A stretch of 64,000 nt of DNA, from contig NC_042999.1 of assembly GCF_006345805.1 (NCBI RefSeq), positions 138,136,001-138,200,000 on the forward strand, given 5' to 3'. Origin of the DNA: Octopus sinensis. Taxonomy: Eukaryota. Below, one piece after another: positions 12,125 to 26,687 of this stretch. The position numbers were made by a program, and so were the translations under genes. The notes beneath the pieces are model-generated. The model saw only the letters and a list, made by a program, of their open reading frames with translations, was not told where the DNA came from and ran no database searches. Positions within the stretch are counted from its first letter, which is position 1. Every line of letters begins with the position of its first letter.

Positions 12125-13480
12125 CAAAAACTATAGGCCTATCTCTCTGACTTCACACTTCATACACTAATCGCATTCCCCGAAGAAAATAATTTGCTGG
12201 GTGATACCCAGCAAGGTTTTCGACCAGGTAGGAACTGCCTGACCCAGTTCTTACATTATGACTGGGTATTGAGGCAGTTACTCAACAACTCAAATGTTGA
12301 CGTAATATAACTTGATTTTGCAAAAGCTTTTGACAACGTGGATTATGGTATAATATTCCACAAACTGCGTGATCTCGTTATAGCTTGAAAACTTGGAGAG
12401 TGGTTACATGACTTTCTGAAAGACAGAAGTCAGGCAGTAGTGGCCAATGGCGCCACCTCAATGAAAACACAAATAGTGAGCGGTGTTCCACAGGGCACCG
12501 TCTTGGGATCATTGCTTTCCATAGTAGCCCTCTCAGATATACCCTCAACTGCCCGGATAGCCACCCTCGCTAGCTACGCAGACGATACGAAAGTCTCACA
12601 GAAAATTCAGAACTCCAGCGATGTTGCACATCTGCAGTAGGAGTTAGACTCAATTTACAGATGGGCTGAGGATAATATATGCAGTTTAATGCTGAAAAAT
12701 TCTAAACCCAGCACTACCAGCGTCCAAAACTGAATATGAAACTTACAGGGTACACTGGTCCACAGGGAATTTCAATCCCAGAGCCTAAGTCAGTGAGGGA
12801 CCTGGGTATCGACATGAGAGATGATACCTCTTTCCAAGTGCACATCACCAGGATGGCCACAAAGTGCAGACGACTGAGAACATTCAGAACCAGAGATAAG
12901 GAAACTAAGATGGTCCTCTGGAGGACATTCGTCCTCAGCCGCCTGGATTACTGCTCCCAGCTATGGTCACCCAACAGTGTGAAATTAACAACGGACATCG
13001 AAGCAATCCAGCGAACCTTCACAAAGAAGATCGTCTCTGGGAAAGGCAGAAACAGCTAAGACTCTACTCCCTGGAGCGAAGACGGGAGAGGTATGCAGTG
13101 ATATACACCTAGAAGATCCTGGAAGGAAGTGTGCCAAATTATGGCATTGAAAGCTACACCAATGCTAGAACGGGTCGATACTGCACAGTGCTAAAGATCT
13201 CAGCAATGCCATCGCGCTTCAGGACAAGTTACTACAACAGCTTGGGTTTAATGGGTCCATAGCTTTTTAATATTCTCCCAAAGAGTCTGAGGAATCTGCA
13301 CAAGGTAGATGTAGGCTGGACCTCTTCCTGTCGAGAGTCCCAGATGAACCTACCTCACGGCAAGAGGTGCAAATGAGGGTAGCTACATCAAACTACATTC
13401 TACACCAAGTGCCACATATTAGAGGAGGATCTCAGTGTAGCAAAACAGCGGTGTCCCAGCATGGCCACAGCTATGAGCTG
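12125..13480 (+). mobile_element. CR1-clade LINE, 5'-truncated RT and 3' end, decayed
   Basis: NYRPISLTS, QQGFRPGRNCLTQ, LDFAKAFDNVD, SGVPQGTVLG, YADDTK, DLGI, RLDYCSQLWSP motifs with stops. Confidence 0.9.
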
Positions 13481-14451
13481 AAACTACAAAAATTATATAC
13501 ATATATCAGTCGGGCTATAATTATTAGAAAGGAAGTGAATATTAAGAAATTATTTTGTTCAACTATTGTATCCATTGCATTTATGTTCAGTAATTGTTGT
13601 TTAGCCCCAAAGAAGCCTTGGTGTGAATAGTGAATTAGCGATAGTTTCCAAGAGGTAATCATCCCGTGTAGGTTTAATGTACAATTTATGAAACACTACT
13701 TTAAATTACTTCTCTTCTTGTGATTTGTTAGAGATTTTGTTGTTATTTCTAGCAAGACGTTACTCTGTGTAGAACCTTTCCCCTCTCTTTGGCTTTTCCC
13801 CGTTCCGTACTTTAAGATAGATGTTAGCTGCTTTACCATCAAGTCCTGATAAATTTCGGCAAATCTCATTACTGGTAACGTTAAAAACATTATTTATTTT
13901 ATGTGTCAGCAATACTTTAAACAGGGACGATCCTGAGCCTAGTTTTCAGTTTAATTACTTTGATACTCTGATAAGGACCGCCTTTGACATTTCAGAATGT
14001 GATACGCAAATATGACAGCTTAGTTTCGTTGACATTCACTTTTGTGATGTAGATTACCTACCTTGCTTGATCAGGCTGAATTCTGAATTCAATCATGCTC
14101 CCATCAACTGTTGATCACGCTGAAATTCTAATGATCCTCACGACACGATTTCAAATTAATCTGATTGTCAAACATTTGCTCACTCGACCATCCTTATCTC
14201 ATAGTTCTTATTTGTACGACTGAGATATTCTTTCGACGTTTATATGCAAACTGTGAGACGACTGTAGGAAGATGAAGAGATATACTCCCCCTCCTGCTCA
14301 CTGCACAATGATTTTGATTCGAGGTCAAGTATATTTCACTTCAGGCATTTCCCTAAAGCCACGTGGTTGTGAAGCGAGCTTCTTAATCACACGGCTATGG
14401 CTACGGCTCTATGTGTAAGATAATCATAAATATCAATATTATACTGCAATA

Positions 14452-14847
14452 AGGTGGCGAGCAGGTAGACTCTTTAGCGCGCCGGGCGAAATGCTTAGCG
14501 GTATTTCGTCTGCCGCTACGTTCTGAGTTCAAATTCCGCCGAGGCCGACTTTGCCTTTCATCCTTTCGGGGTCGATCAAATAAGTACCAGTTACGCACTG
14601 GGGTCGATATAATCGACTTAATCCGTTTGTCTGTCCTTCTTTGTCCTCTCTGTGTTTATCCTCTTGTGGGTAGTAAAGAAATAGGTATTTCGTCTGCCGT
14701 TACGGTCTGAGTTCAAATTCCGCCGAGGTCGACTTTGCCTTTCATCTTTCCGGGGTCGATGAAGTAAATACCAGTTAAGCATTGTGGTCAATGTAGTCGA
14801 CTTACCTCCTCCCCCGAAATCGCTGACTTAGTTTCAAAATTTGAAAC
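14452..14847 (+). mobile_element. SINE family A, dimeric form
   Basis: Two internal copies of gtatttcgtctgccg...gagttcaaattccgccgagg; same layout as 29966-30362. Confidence 0.85.
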
Positions 14848-14989
14848 ATTCACACCCACATGTATGTATGTATGTATGTATGTATGTATGTATGTATGTA
14901 TGTATGTATGTATGTATGTCCGTTTCTATTTCGAGGAGGTTGAGTGATCACATAGAAGCTCCTCGTTGTCTGGTAGAAAATTAATGGTT

Positions 14990-15185
14990 TTTAATTTAGA
15001 CACAAAGCCAGCAATTATGAAGACAAGCAGTTAGATCCCTGCACTGAACTGGAACTTCATTTTATCGATCCCAAAAGGATGAGAGGCAGAGTTGACCGTG
15101 ACGAGATTTGAACCCAGAATGTTATAAAGAGCCGGAGAAAATGCCGCACTGTACTTTTTCGACGCTCTATCGATTCGGTCAATCC
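14990..15185 (-). mobile_element. SINE family A, diverged
   Basis: tttatcgatcccaaaaggatgagaggcagagttgac...gatttgaacccagaatg matches the family A reverse complement. Confidence 0.6.
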
Positions 15186-15838
15186 ATCACACTTATTATA
15201 ATGAAAATATTCATGAAATTATCTATAATTTATGTAAAGCTATAACAAAATTTATAGAAAAAAGAATGCTGTGTGTAAATAGGTTTTAATTTCACCTCTT
15301 TTTTCATTTCCATGTTCAGATCTCATCGGACTTAGTACTTTATGATTTTCGATATAGTAAGTATCTAGTTACTTTATGGATATTGAATTAATTGATTCCA
15401 ACTATTTCTTTGTGTATTCAAGTATCCAACACTAAAACAAAAATACAATACTTGAGTTGTCGAATACCTTAGAACAAGAGCTAAAGCTCAAGAAGTAAGC
15501 TCAAGAGACTATGAGAGAGATTTGATCCATTTCCATGCATTTACGTCATAAATGCTCTTCACAAAAACATTAACGTAACATTATTTGCCTTCCATTCCAC
15601 ATAGATGTATGATCTCGTAACTAAGTGAGAAATCAATTGTCGAGCTTCGCCAAAAATATGTTTACAGTCACAGTCTAATAGCAAGAGACTAACAAATATA
15701 TTGGTTTCACCACATATTTGCATTCGCTTTTGCGTACATGAATAATTGTGTTTACTTGTGTATCTCCACCATATAGAGCTGAGTATATGTGCATCTGTTA
15801 ATGTGTATAAAAATATATAAATATATATATAGCTCCTA

Positions 15839-15839
15839 G

Positions 15840-15909
<70 letters not shown>

Positions 15910-15986
15910 ATTTCTGTCTGTCTGTCTGTCTGTCTGCCTGCCTGCCTGCCTGTCTGTCTGTCTGCCTGCCTGCCTGCCTGCCTGCC

Positions 15987-16021
<35 letters not shown>

Positions 16022-16040
16022 ATGTCTGCCTGCCTGCCTG

Positions 16041-16139
<99 letters not shown>

Positions 16140-16165
16140 GCCTGCCTGTCTGTCTGTCTGTCTAA

Positions 16166-16220
<55 letters not shown>
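15839..16220. repeat. Compound (TATC)/(TGTC)/(TGCC) tetranucleotide microsatellite
   Basis: Direct reading. Confidence 0.95.
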
Positions 16221-16344
16221 CTGTCTGCTTGAGTGTGTGTGAGTTTACAATGCAGCTGCTTTTTTGTGCATGTGTGCACATGTATTTCTTGATAATCTTG
16301 CATTTGTACATGCATGTGTCTGGGTATATGTATATATATATATA

Positions 16345-16407
<63 letters not shown>

Positions 16408-16504
16408 TGTGTGTATGTTTCTGTTCCTAATTGTGTTTCGAATACGTATTGCTACAGATATATTCGCGAAGTGTTTATTACTATACGCTTGTGAAATTCT
16501 CTCT

Positions 16505-16599
<95 letters not shown>

Positions 16600-17247
16600 T
16601 CATGTTAATATGTGTATGAATGTACGTATGTGGATTACATTTATATAGGAATGTTGATGCAAACAGGTAAAATAGAACTCGAAATATGAATATAAGTATT
16701 TTCTTTATTAAACAGTGACTCATGGTCAAGTAACAGTGACTCATGGTCAGATTCTCGGACCTTCAGTCACTCTGTTACTTCTGCTAAATATTAATATGTA
16801 TATAAAGCTTCTCCGTCCGTATTTGTCACAATGATTATGTCATCAACATAACTGGCATAGATTGTGTAGCTATGTTTGGGAACGACTTTGTTTTCAACGT
16901 TAGCCATGAAAAATGGCGCAAGTGTAGGGCCAAAAAGGAAACCCACAAACACCTTGTCTTTCTAGGTATTACATTGTGGGTGGGAGAGAACGGAACTCCG
17001 CTTGTGCAGGTCAACAGAAAAATTTTGATTGTATTTCTTGGTAAAGCAGTTTTATTATACTCCTATATATATATAAATGTTTTTGTATATACAATTACGT
17101 GTGTACATTTACGTGTGTGTGTGTGTGTGCGTGTACGTGCGTGCGTGATAAATCATTTTACTGGTTCATTTCCTCGAAGTGGACACAACTATAAATAATA
17201 ACATGTAATATATTAAGTTAAAAAACATCCTTGAATTAAAAAGGCCG

Positions 17248-17318
<71 letters not shown>

Positions 17319-18157
17319 ACGCACACACACACACAGCACACAACACACACGATACACACGCACGATACATGCACACACACACATGCACACAACATACACA
17401 CGATTGTCCTAAAGCAGATTGGGGAATTATTTTGACTTTTAATCTATTGTAAACAATTCATTGTGTTCATATATCATTGTCTAGTTTCATGTTCTCAATT
17501 GACTAGACCCATGATTAAAGACATTCCGTCCGTGACCATCCCATTACGACGCCAGACTGTGTTTTGAAGGTGATCTGGCTGCTAGAAATGTCAGCCACAA
17601 GTCAAGTGACCATCTAAGGTACTTTTGGGAAATTTCACACCGTACCCTCGTTCACGGCAGTAGCTATCTATAATGAGAATGAAACTGTTATCTTCTTTAT
17701 TCATAGTTTTAACATGTGAGATTAATTAATATTTATTTTTTTATCGCTTATCTTAATGTATGTGTGTGTGTGTGTGTGTGTGTGTTCGCGTTTTTGCATG
17801 ATAACAAAATAACGTAGAAATTTATATTTTCATTGGCACGTTGGCGTCTTCATGCATATAAATCATTCATTCATCTATTTCCCACTCTCCTCTTCCTTAC
17901 GACTTTTATTTTCTATTTATTTATTTGTTTGTTAGCTTATCTCGACACTTATTTCATTTTATCTCTGTCTATCTTAAATCGGAAGCTATTTAAGCATGGG
18001 AAAAACCCGACATAAAAGGAAATAACTAAAATAAAGAAGCGTTATGGATTACAGTAAGCACATTTAATGTGTTGCGATACAGAATAACGTACTCATAAGA
18101 TTTTGTACAGATCGAAATTTGTGCTCTAATCGGAGAAAGTAAACAAAAACCCTAACA

Positions 18158-20510
18158 CTGGGGTGTTAAACATACGACCCGCAGGGTTTCATTCGGCCCG
18201 CGAGATGATTTTGACAAATGTAAAAATTATATATTTACTTATTGTGAATGTTGATTGTTTGAGTATGACTGATGATAGAATGATTCAATTTCTAATAGAA
18301 AAACTCCCTTAAATTATCTAAAGATTTGTTTAGATATTGTGTTGGAATAATATCTTTTCGAAATTAATTCAGTGACTAACAAAGTGTTTTCTTTTTTAGG
18401 TCAACATTTCGCTCACTTTTACCTTATCCAAAATGTCATTGTCAAAAAAAAAGGGAAAAGTGGATACAGAGTGTAGATTATTTTTTAAAAAGTGGTCCTT
18501 TTCCTATTTATTCATAGAGGTGAATGGGAAACCTGTGTGCTATGTGTTTTCGCAGCAGGTTACAGTGCTCAAGGAATATAATATTCGGCGCCACTATGAG
18601 ACTCATCATGCCGACAAATTGTACAATAACTTGCAAGGACATATGGGAAGAGAGAAAGTAAATAAATTGTTAGCGGATCTGAAGAAACAATGGTCTGCTT
18701 TAACCCAAAGTCGAGATATCAGTGAAGCAGCAGTAAAAGCTAGCTACTTTGTTGCTAGGGAAATAGCATTACATCAAAGCCGTACTGTGAGGGTGAATTC
18801 GTGAAAACATGTATACTGAAAGCTTCAGAAATTGTATGCCCTGAGAAGCCAACATTAGCTGATGAGAGACTTTTGCCAAGATTAGCCTGACGAGAAACAC
18901 TGTGGCAGATAGGATTTCAGATCTTTCTGTAGATTTGGACAGGCAACTGAAGCACAAAGTCAAGTCATTTATTGCATATTCGGTTGCAATTAATGAGAGC
19001 ACGGACATTACAGATGTTGCGCAACTGGCCATATTCATTCGTGGTGTAGACGAGACTTTGACCGTTACCGAGAAGTTCCTGGAGTTGATTCCTATGATGG
19101 ACACCACAACAGCAAATGACATTTTCATCTCTCTCGTTGGAGTGCTGGAAGGGGTCAGAGTGGACTGGTCTCGTGCTGTCAGCGTGGCTACAGATGGTGC
19201 TCCATCAATGATTGGAAAAAATCCACGTTCTGTGACGTAGTTCAGAGAGAAAGTACAGACTGTAAATGGAGGACGTCATTTTTGGATATTTCACTGCATC
19301 TTGCACCAGGATGCATAGTGTTGCAAATTATTCAAAAGGAATCACGTCATGGAAGTGGTTGTCCGAACTATTAATTTCACCCGAACTAGAGGTCTGAATC
19401 ACCGTCGGTTTGTCAATCTTCTCAGCGATATAGGCATTACATATAGCTTGCCATATCACACCGAGGTAAGGTGATTAAATCGAGGTACCGTGTTGAAGCG
19501 TTTCTTTAATTTACGAGAAGAAATTGAACAGTGCATGGAGGAAAAAGGGCAAGCCGTGTTAGAACTTCAATCATCAGAATGGCTGCAAGATTTAGCATTT
19601 ATCGTGAATATTACAGAGCACTTGAATAATCTGAACAAAATGCTGCAAGCCGTAAAAAAAGTTGTCACATAATATTTTGAAAGCATACGCGCGTTCAAGT
19701 TAAAGTTAATTTTGTTGGAGACACAACTGTCAGGTAGTGACCCTGCTCACTTTCCTTGTGTAAAAGATGTGGTTGCGACCACAGATAATGTTGACATGAA
19801 TCTGTACAATTTCACGCGATTGCTGCGAGAGTATGAGCAACGGTTTCGGATCTTTTACGAACTTGAGATAAATTTCAGAGTTTTCGCTCACCATATGCAG
19901 TCAACGCCTCTGATCTGCCCGTCAACATCCAACTTGAAATGATTGACGTGCAGTGTGATTCAGATTTGAAGAACTTTTTATCAGTATCTCCAAATTGACA
20001 ACCCTTGCTACGAAAGTTTTGCGCAAGTTCGAGAATACCTATCTTTGTGAACGAGTTTTTTTTCTGCTCACACATGAGTACCTAAATGACATCCTGAAAT
20101 TGGCTGCTACTCAGGATTTGACGCCTGATATTGATGCACTTGTGAAGGAGAAAGGATACCAAATTTCAGGAACATATTGAAAATTAACGATAACAAATAA
20201 TAAAAGTGTCTTTAAATGTTTTTCAAAATTTTTTTTAAAAATTCATAAATTGTATACGTCTACAAGGCAGTGTGATAACTCAGTCTTCTTTAACAATTCT
20301 CACTTTCACTTGTTCAATGTTTTGCAAAAAGAAAATATATATATTCTTTAAACATGAACATTTTCGGAAAGTACTTTTTCACATTAAAACAAAGGGAAAA
20401 TTTTGAAATTGCTATTTATAGGTTCTTGTGCCATAATTTTACTGGGGTGGCCTGCTCGAGATCAAATTGGGTTGATAAGTGGCCCGTGAACTAAAATGAG
20501 TTTAACACAA
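18158..20510 (+). mobile_element. hAT DNA transposon (SPIN/Charlie/GTF2IRD2-like transposase), pseudogenised full-length copy
   Basis: Left TIR ctggggtgttaaac (18158), right gtttaacac (20500-20508, partial). Transposase pieces: KVDTECRLF..KW...KEYNIRRHYETHH; SVAINESTDITDVAQLAIFIRGV; VATDGAPSMIGK; FHCILHQ; YHTEVR*LNRG; YLCERVF. Confidence 0.9.
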
Positions 20511-20997
20511 TCATTAGCAATCCAGAAAATGGGGAGATAATTTTAAGTAATTTATAATTCACTATTTTGTTTTTAATACTCACACTTAAGGAAAAGTCTA
20601 ATCTTTGCTAGCGGCAATAGTGAGGACAATGGTTATGCCTCATGCTTACAAGACTTCGTCAGCGAAACATAATCTGTACAGATTCGCTTTAGCAATAGGA
20701 GGACGATTTTAGTTAGGAAAGATAAGACCTACACAGATTTTTCATGAGCAGTAATTTGCATAATATTAAACAAAACGGAGCCGAATGAAATAACTCAAAT
20801 AAGCCAATGGAATGGATTAAGACAACTCAAGTATGGGTGAAGTACTGAATGATGTGCGCCAACAAATTTTTTTTTTATAAATCAAAATTTGTTTTTGGAG
20901 AGAAAAATCCTCGCTACAGTCATTAGCGACTCAAAAATAAAAATAAAAATGAGTGCAATAAATATGTTTGTTTTGTCTACGTGCGTACGTATATATG

Positions 20998-21106
<109 letters not shown>

Positions 21107-21116
21107 ACACCATACA

Positions 21117-22368
21117 GTCCAAGTACGTTTCCTCAACGAAAGTTTAGCAAAACGTTTTTCCACATTGGAGCTGCATTCGGACGACTTGGTAATGATACCA
21201 GTCTATTTAAACAAAAGGGTCACGAAAGTCCAAATAAAAAACATACCATTTGATGTCGAAACACAATGGTTGGTCTCTGCCATCTGCTTTGAAATGTCAG
21301 AGACAATGTCAGAGACAATGTCAGAGACAAACATCCTGGAAATCGCGGTTCTAGGAGAGAAAGACTATGTGGGCAAATCAATCGAATTCCTGCTTCAATT
21401 GGATGAAGCAGCAAGAGAGAAGATACCCACCGCTATAGAACTGCCAGGAGGCTACAAACTCTATATAGTGGTAGAGGGCAGGCGACCACGCTGCTATTTG
21501 TGGGAAGCGAAACACACTTGAAAAAGACGTGCCCAACCACTGCACACCAAGAGCAACAACAACAACCACTACCACACCCAAAGCACTCCGGAAAAAAAGC
21601 TCTACTACCCACACCACCATCAACACAGAAGACGACAAGAGAAGCACACCAAGCTAATCCGTCATCAACCAAAAACCACTCGACACCTGAAAAAATACCA
21701 ACACCACCATCAACAGCAAAACCCAAAGAACAGAAAAACAAAGAAAACACACACAAACTGATCCCCCATCCCTTATACCGCACTCAACACACACAAAACT
21801 CAACAACCAACAACAACGAAAACAACAACACAACCACTTACACAGACATACATAGAAGCCCACAACATACCCCTACCCCCTTCTGATTCCTCAGAAATTT
21901 CGTCGGAAGACGAAACCAGTGAGGAATGGCAAATAGCTACAAACAGAAGGAAAATAAAGAGCAGAAACACAACCAAACCAAATGCAAACACGAACAAAGC
22001 AGGGGGAAATACATCTCCCGAAGACATTTCAAAACCCAACGCAAACAAGCAGCCACACCAACACCACAAAAACATATACAGCAAACATGCTCACAGCCAT
22101 AGACACCAAAAACACAAATTTGATGGAATACATCCAATCAAAAACAAACATAACAGAAGATGACATAAAAACAAACAATCACCCATACACACACACCACC
22201 AGACCACATCAAAATATTACACATCTCCAAAAGTCTGCACCACACACTCTCAAAGGCATTTTCCCCAGTGCGGTTGGTAAATGCCAAAAATATCTCACAA
22301 AGAAACTGTACTGGGATCTTCTCGAGGACAAAACCACGGAGGAGAAAGCAAAAACTTTCGAGCAGTAA
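21117..22368 (+). pseudogene. Tx1 ORF1 remnant with CCHC zinc knuckle
   Basis: VQIKNIPFDV...KLYIVVEGRRPRCYL[C]GSETHLKKTCP is restored by correcting a 1-nt frameshift near 21500; in-frame 12-bp triplication (MSET)x3 at 21294-21329; T/K/Q-rich tail. Confidence 0.7.
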
Positions 22369-22399
22369 GTAACCCTCTGTATTCTAATTCATTAGAACT

Positions 22400-25300
22400 A
22401 TGATCAAGATTGGTTGTGTAAATGCGCGTGGCTTGGGGTCCCCTTGGAAACAAGGGTACCTCTTAAATGACATAAAGTCACATAAGTTAGAAATCATAGC
22501 CATAAGCGAGACCAGACTCCACAATCCGCGGGCCCTAAAGACCATGTTTGGCGGACAGTTCAACATTTATTTTCCCCCCTGTCTGCCGAGAATGGGCGGT
22601 AGTGGCACCGCGGTACTTTTTCACAAGAGTCTGGATCTCAATGTAAGGACAATATTCGTAGACCCGGAGGGTAGATTGGTCGTCCTGGATGTCGACGGCA
22701 GCAATGGGTGCGCTTTTCGACTCGTATCAGTTTACGCACCGCCCTTAACAGGTCGGGCGGATTTCTTTCAACGTCTAGAAGTTTTCTTGGGAACGTCTCG
22801 TCCTTTACTCTTAGTGGGGGATTGGAATGCTACCTTGGACACGCATGTAGACTACGTGGGTAGAGATAGGAATAGACGGGGATGCAAATGCCTCAGAGAC
22901 CTGCTCAGACGCTTTCAACTGTCTGACAGGTTCCGACTAGACCACCCGAATGCGCCAACGTGGACATGGAGCAACCGCATCGGGTCGTCGAGATCGTATC
23001 TAGATAGGATACTGTGTAGGACAGTAGATAGAGATAGCATAGGATGTCCACAATTCCACATAGTCAGCTACACGGATCACAAACTTGTGACATGTACGCT
23101 AGACTTAGGTAAGACACTTAGGCAGGGTCCCGGATACTGGAAACTAAACGTCTTTTTCCCATCGAGACAAGTTTTCAGAGACCGGATTAGCACACTAGTA
23201 AAGAGGGCTTTGACGGGAGCCATCATCAACAACAAATGGTGGTTTGCCCTCAAGAGAGCAGTAAAAGCAGAGAAGCGATTAGGTACAGCAAAGCACTAGC
23301 CATAGATAGAAATAGAGTAGAGGGTGAGCTAGTTAAGAAGCTAGAAGAGGCAATTAGAAGCGGCATCGCATCCGACGTTTTGGCGGCGAGGTTGGCCCTC
23401 GACCAACACTTCAACGCCAAACACGAAGGATGTGCTGTCAGAGCTAGGATGCGTGCTCTAAGGAACGAAGGTGTTGGAGCCGCGAGAGAGGCCCGGGTGG
23501 CAGAGGCGCAACAGGGCAACAAAGCCACCATTCGGTCACTGGTAGATGAACAGGGGCGCGAATTGCTCGAGCCAAGTAAAATGTGTGAGGCCTTTCAGCA
23601 GCATTTTGCCCGACTGTTCGGAACGAGTGGAGGGCAAGAACGTAGGTGGACTTCAGTGCCTACCTACATAGCCTATCACGACTCTCGACAAGAAAGGCAG
23701 GGTGCTGCGAAGGTGCCATCACGGCGGCGGAAGTGCGGGAAGCGATGGCAGAATGCTCGAGGGACAAATCACCGGGTTTGGATGGTCTACCCTACGAGCT
23801 TTACAATTGTATGCCAGACTTGTTTGGAGATCTCTTGGCGGCGGTGTACTGCAACTGGCAGCAAAACGGGAGCATTCCTGGTTTTGTGAGCCGAGGAGCC
23901 GTAACACTGCTGAAGAAAGATCTAAACAAGGGAAATGTAATAGATAACTTTAGGCCCATCACTCTGCTTAATGCAGACTTGAAAATTTTGGCCAAGGTGC
24001 TAGCCAAGAGGTTGGCGCTTGTCATCGAGAAACTGGTCGACAAGGCGCAAACATGCGCCGTGCCAGGCCGGACCATCCATGACAACCTCCATCTGATGCG
24101 CTACATCATAGACAGGGTAGTTAACGAACCTGGCATGGGTGGGGCCCTGATCAACTTGGATCAATCGAAAGCCTTTGATAGGGTAGACCATCGATACTTG
24201 GAGGCAGTCCTGAGAGCGGCTGGTTTCGGTCCCGTCTTCCGCGGCTGGATAGCTGCCTTGTACAGAGGCATCCGTTCGGTAATTCGCGTAAATGGACATC
24301 TATCGAGACCTTTCGACATTGCACGTTCGGTCCGTCAGGGATGCCCCCTTTCGGCGCTTCTATACGTATTGACTCTTGAGCCACTACTGCGGAAGCTGGC
24401 GACTCTAAGGGGCATCCCGCGAGAATTGGGATGCGGGACGAGCGTGTCTGCATACGCGGACGACGTCACCGTCATAGTGTCTAGCCACGAGCACATCGAG
24501 CTGGTCGGCGAGACACTGAAAAACTACGAAGCGGTGACAGGAGCGAAAATCAACCGGGAAAAGTCAGTGGGCTTGCGACTAGGCACCTGGAGAAGCAAGC
24601 CCATGCCGTCCACCAGCGCCTCCGTCGTGGGACGCTGGACCGACGGCCCGGTTGAGTTGCTCGGGGTCTGGTTCGGTCCGGACCTCGAAGTGGAGAAGAA
24701 CTGGAACGAGATAACGAGTAGGGTGGTCACTCTCGCCCGGCAATGGGCCGAGAGGAAACTGTCCCTAAAAGGTCGAGCGGAGGTGGCGAACACGTACATC
24801 GCGTCCGTCATCTACTACCGCCTGACCGTCGTACCTTGTCCCGACCCTACCATCACCAAACTACAACGCATCCTCTTTCGCTTCTTGTGGAAAGGATGCG
24901 TCCCGATGGTCAGGCGATCCATTTGCTGTCAACACCCGTTAAAAGGAGGGCTGGGCATGCCGTGGTTGATGATGCGCAGACACGCGCTGAGACTGCGACA
25001 TCTCTGGCTCTATGTAGACGACGGTGAACAGGTGTGGTCGCCGTTTGTGAGGCACGCTTTCCCGCAGCTCGTCTCCATGACCGAACTGCAGTCATGGATC
25101 AAAAAGAGGCCGAGGAAGGGCGAATGGCACCGCGAGTGTCGCGTTGCTCTCAAGCAACTCTGCCGTCCTGGGTCGACCTTAAGTGACTTCAACACAACCA
25201 AAGCATTCTATAGGGGTTTAGTGGAGGGGAGGTACGACGACGAGCTCGGGGCGAACCAGGACGTCGACGAGGAGTACCTGACCCGCCTGTTCGGGACGAC

Positions 25301-25838
25301 TTTCGGGCCAGGGCCCATGGACAACTTCCAGAGATCCCTGGCCTGGCAGTGCTACCGAGAAGCGCTACCCGTTCGGGATAAGCTCTACAGACACGGCTCG
25401 AGAAACACGAGGCCGACCTGCCCGAGATGCGGTCAGAGCGACGAAACCGTTCTGCACGCACTCGTTCAGTGTCCAACAATTTCCGACCTGTGGGCTTATG
25501 TCGAACAACTGCTGTCACGTGTGGGACGAGTCGGTTTATCAGCTGAGTCTATCGTCAATATTGTCACGCCTCCTTCCTTCAAACGGGAAGGAAGAGCTAT
25601 TTTCATCATCCTTGTGGCTATGGCGAAAGAATGTATCTGGTGGACGCGTCTGAAAGGATTGGAGACAAACACTTTCCTCTCTGGTCAATCTCTCATCAAC
25701 TTCTTCAAGTACCACTTGAAAAGGAAAGTGAGAGTAGAGAGGCAAGTTTTGTCTAGCGAATGTTTTAAAAAAAGATGGGTGAATGTAGCAAGAATGGCAC
25801 GTATGAATGACGAAGCCACCTTGAGCATAGTCCTATGA
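22400..25838 (+). pseudogene. Tx1 ORF2 (APE endonuclease + reverse transcriptase + C-terminal CCHC) with two frameshifts
   Basis: NARGL..SETR..GDWNA..YLDRI..TDH (APE); PGLDGLP, NFRPITLLNADLKILAK, KAFDRVDH, VRQGCPLS, YADDV (RT); CPRCGQSDETVLHALVQC. Frame changes near 23275 and 23646. Confidence 0.92.
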
Positions 25839-26245
25839 ACCCAGAAATCGAAAACAGAGAGTTGCTTATTTGCAAAAAAAAAAAAAAAAAAAAAGAAATA
25901 TAAATGTGACTTCATTGACCGAGGTTACCGTGGTCTTTTCCGTAGGCTTTTCTTTCCACGGGTAAACCTCACCTGTCCTCCCCTTTACACTTCATATTGA
26001 CATTTCTGTGATAACGATCCCTATTGATCAATTTTTTTTTCCTCTCCCATTTTTTTTTTTTTTTTAACCCCCCCTTTTTTTTGTCCTCTTTCTCTCCTTT
26101 TACGATCCCTTTTGATCGAAACTCCCCCTTACTTTTTTTTTTTTTTTTTTTTTTAAACCTTCAAAAGAAAAGCTCTACCTTGTAATTTGTTCTATCTGTG
26201 TGCAGCCCTGTGTGGCTAATAAAGAAACATATCTTACACCATACA

Positions 26246-26500
26246 ACATGACACTGTGATACACGATCCCTATTGATCGTTTTTTTTCCTCTTCCCCTTT
26301 TTTTCCTCTTTTTTCTTCTTTTTTCATTTTTCTTTTCTTTTGTTCCTTTCCCTTTTTCTTTTTTGTTTTCCTTTTTCTTCCCCTTTTACGATCCCTTTTG
26401 ATCGAAAACCTACGCCACCTTTTTTTTTTCATCCCCCAAAAGAAAAGCTCTACCTTGTAACTTGTCCCATCTGTGTGCAGCCCTGTGTGGCCAATAAATA
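26246..26500 (+). mobile_element. Second, short 3'-UTR-only copy of the same Tx1 family
   Basis: Repeats ctgtgata..cgatccctattgatc and aagaaaagctctaccttgtaa..atctgtgtgcagccctgtgtggc(t/c)aataaa of 26000-26222; followed by (TGTC)/(TATC)n. Confidence 0.8.
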
Positions 26501-26512
26501 AACTTATCTACC

Positions 26513-26553
<41 letters not shown>

Positions 26554-26572
26554 GTCTATCTATCTATCTATC

Positions 26573-26626
<54 letters not shown>

Positions 26627-26627
26627 A

Positions 26628-26678
<51 letters not shown>

Positions 26679-26687
26679 GTTCTCATG

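Larger units (their letters stand above)
21117..26229 (+). mobile_element. Tx1/L1-clade non-LTR retrotransposon, 5'-truncated within ORF1
   Basis: ORF1 remnant, APE-RT ORF2, T-rich 3' UTR ending aataaagaaac; flanked by the 16-bp direct repeat tatcttacaccataca (21101-21116 and 26230-26245). Confidence 0.9.
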
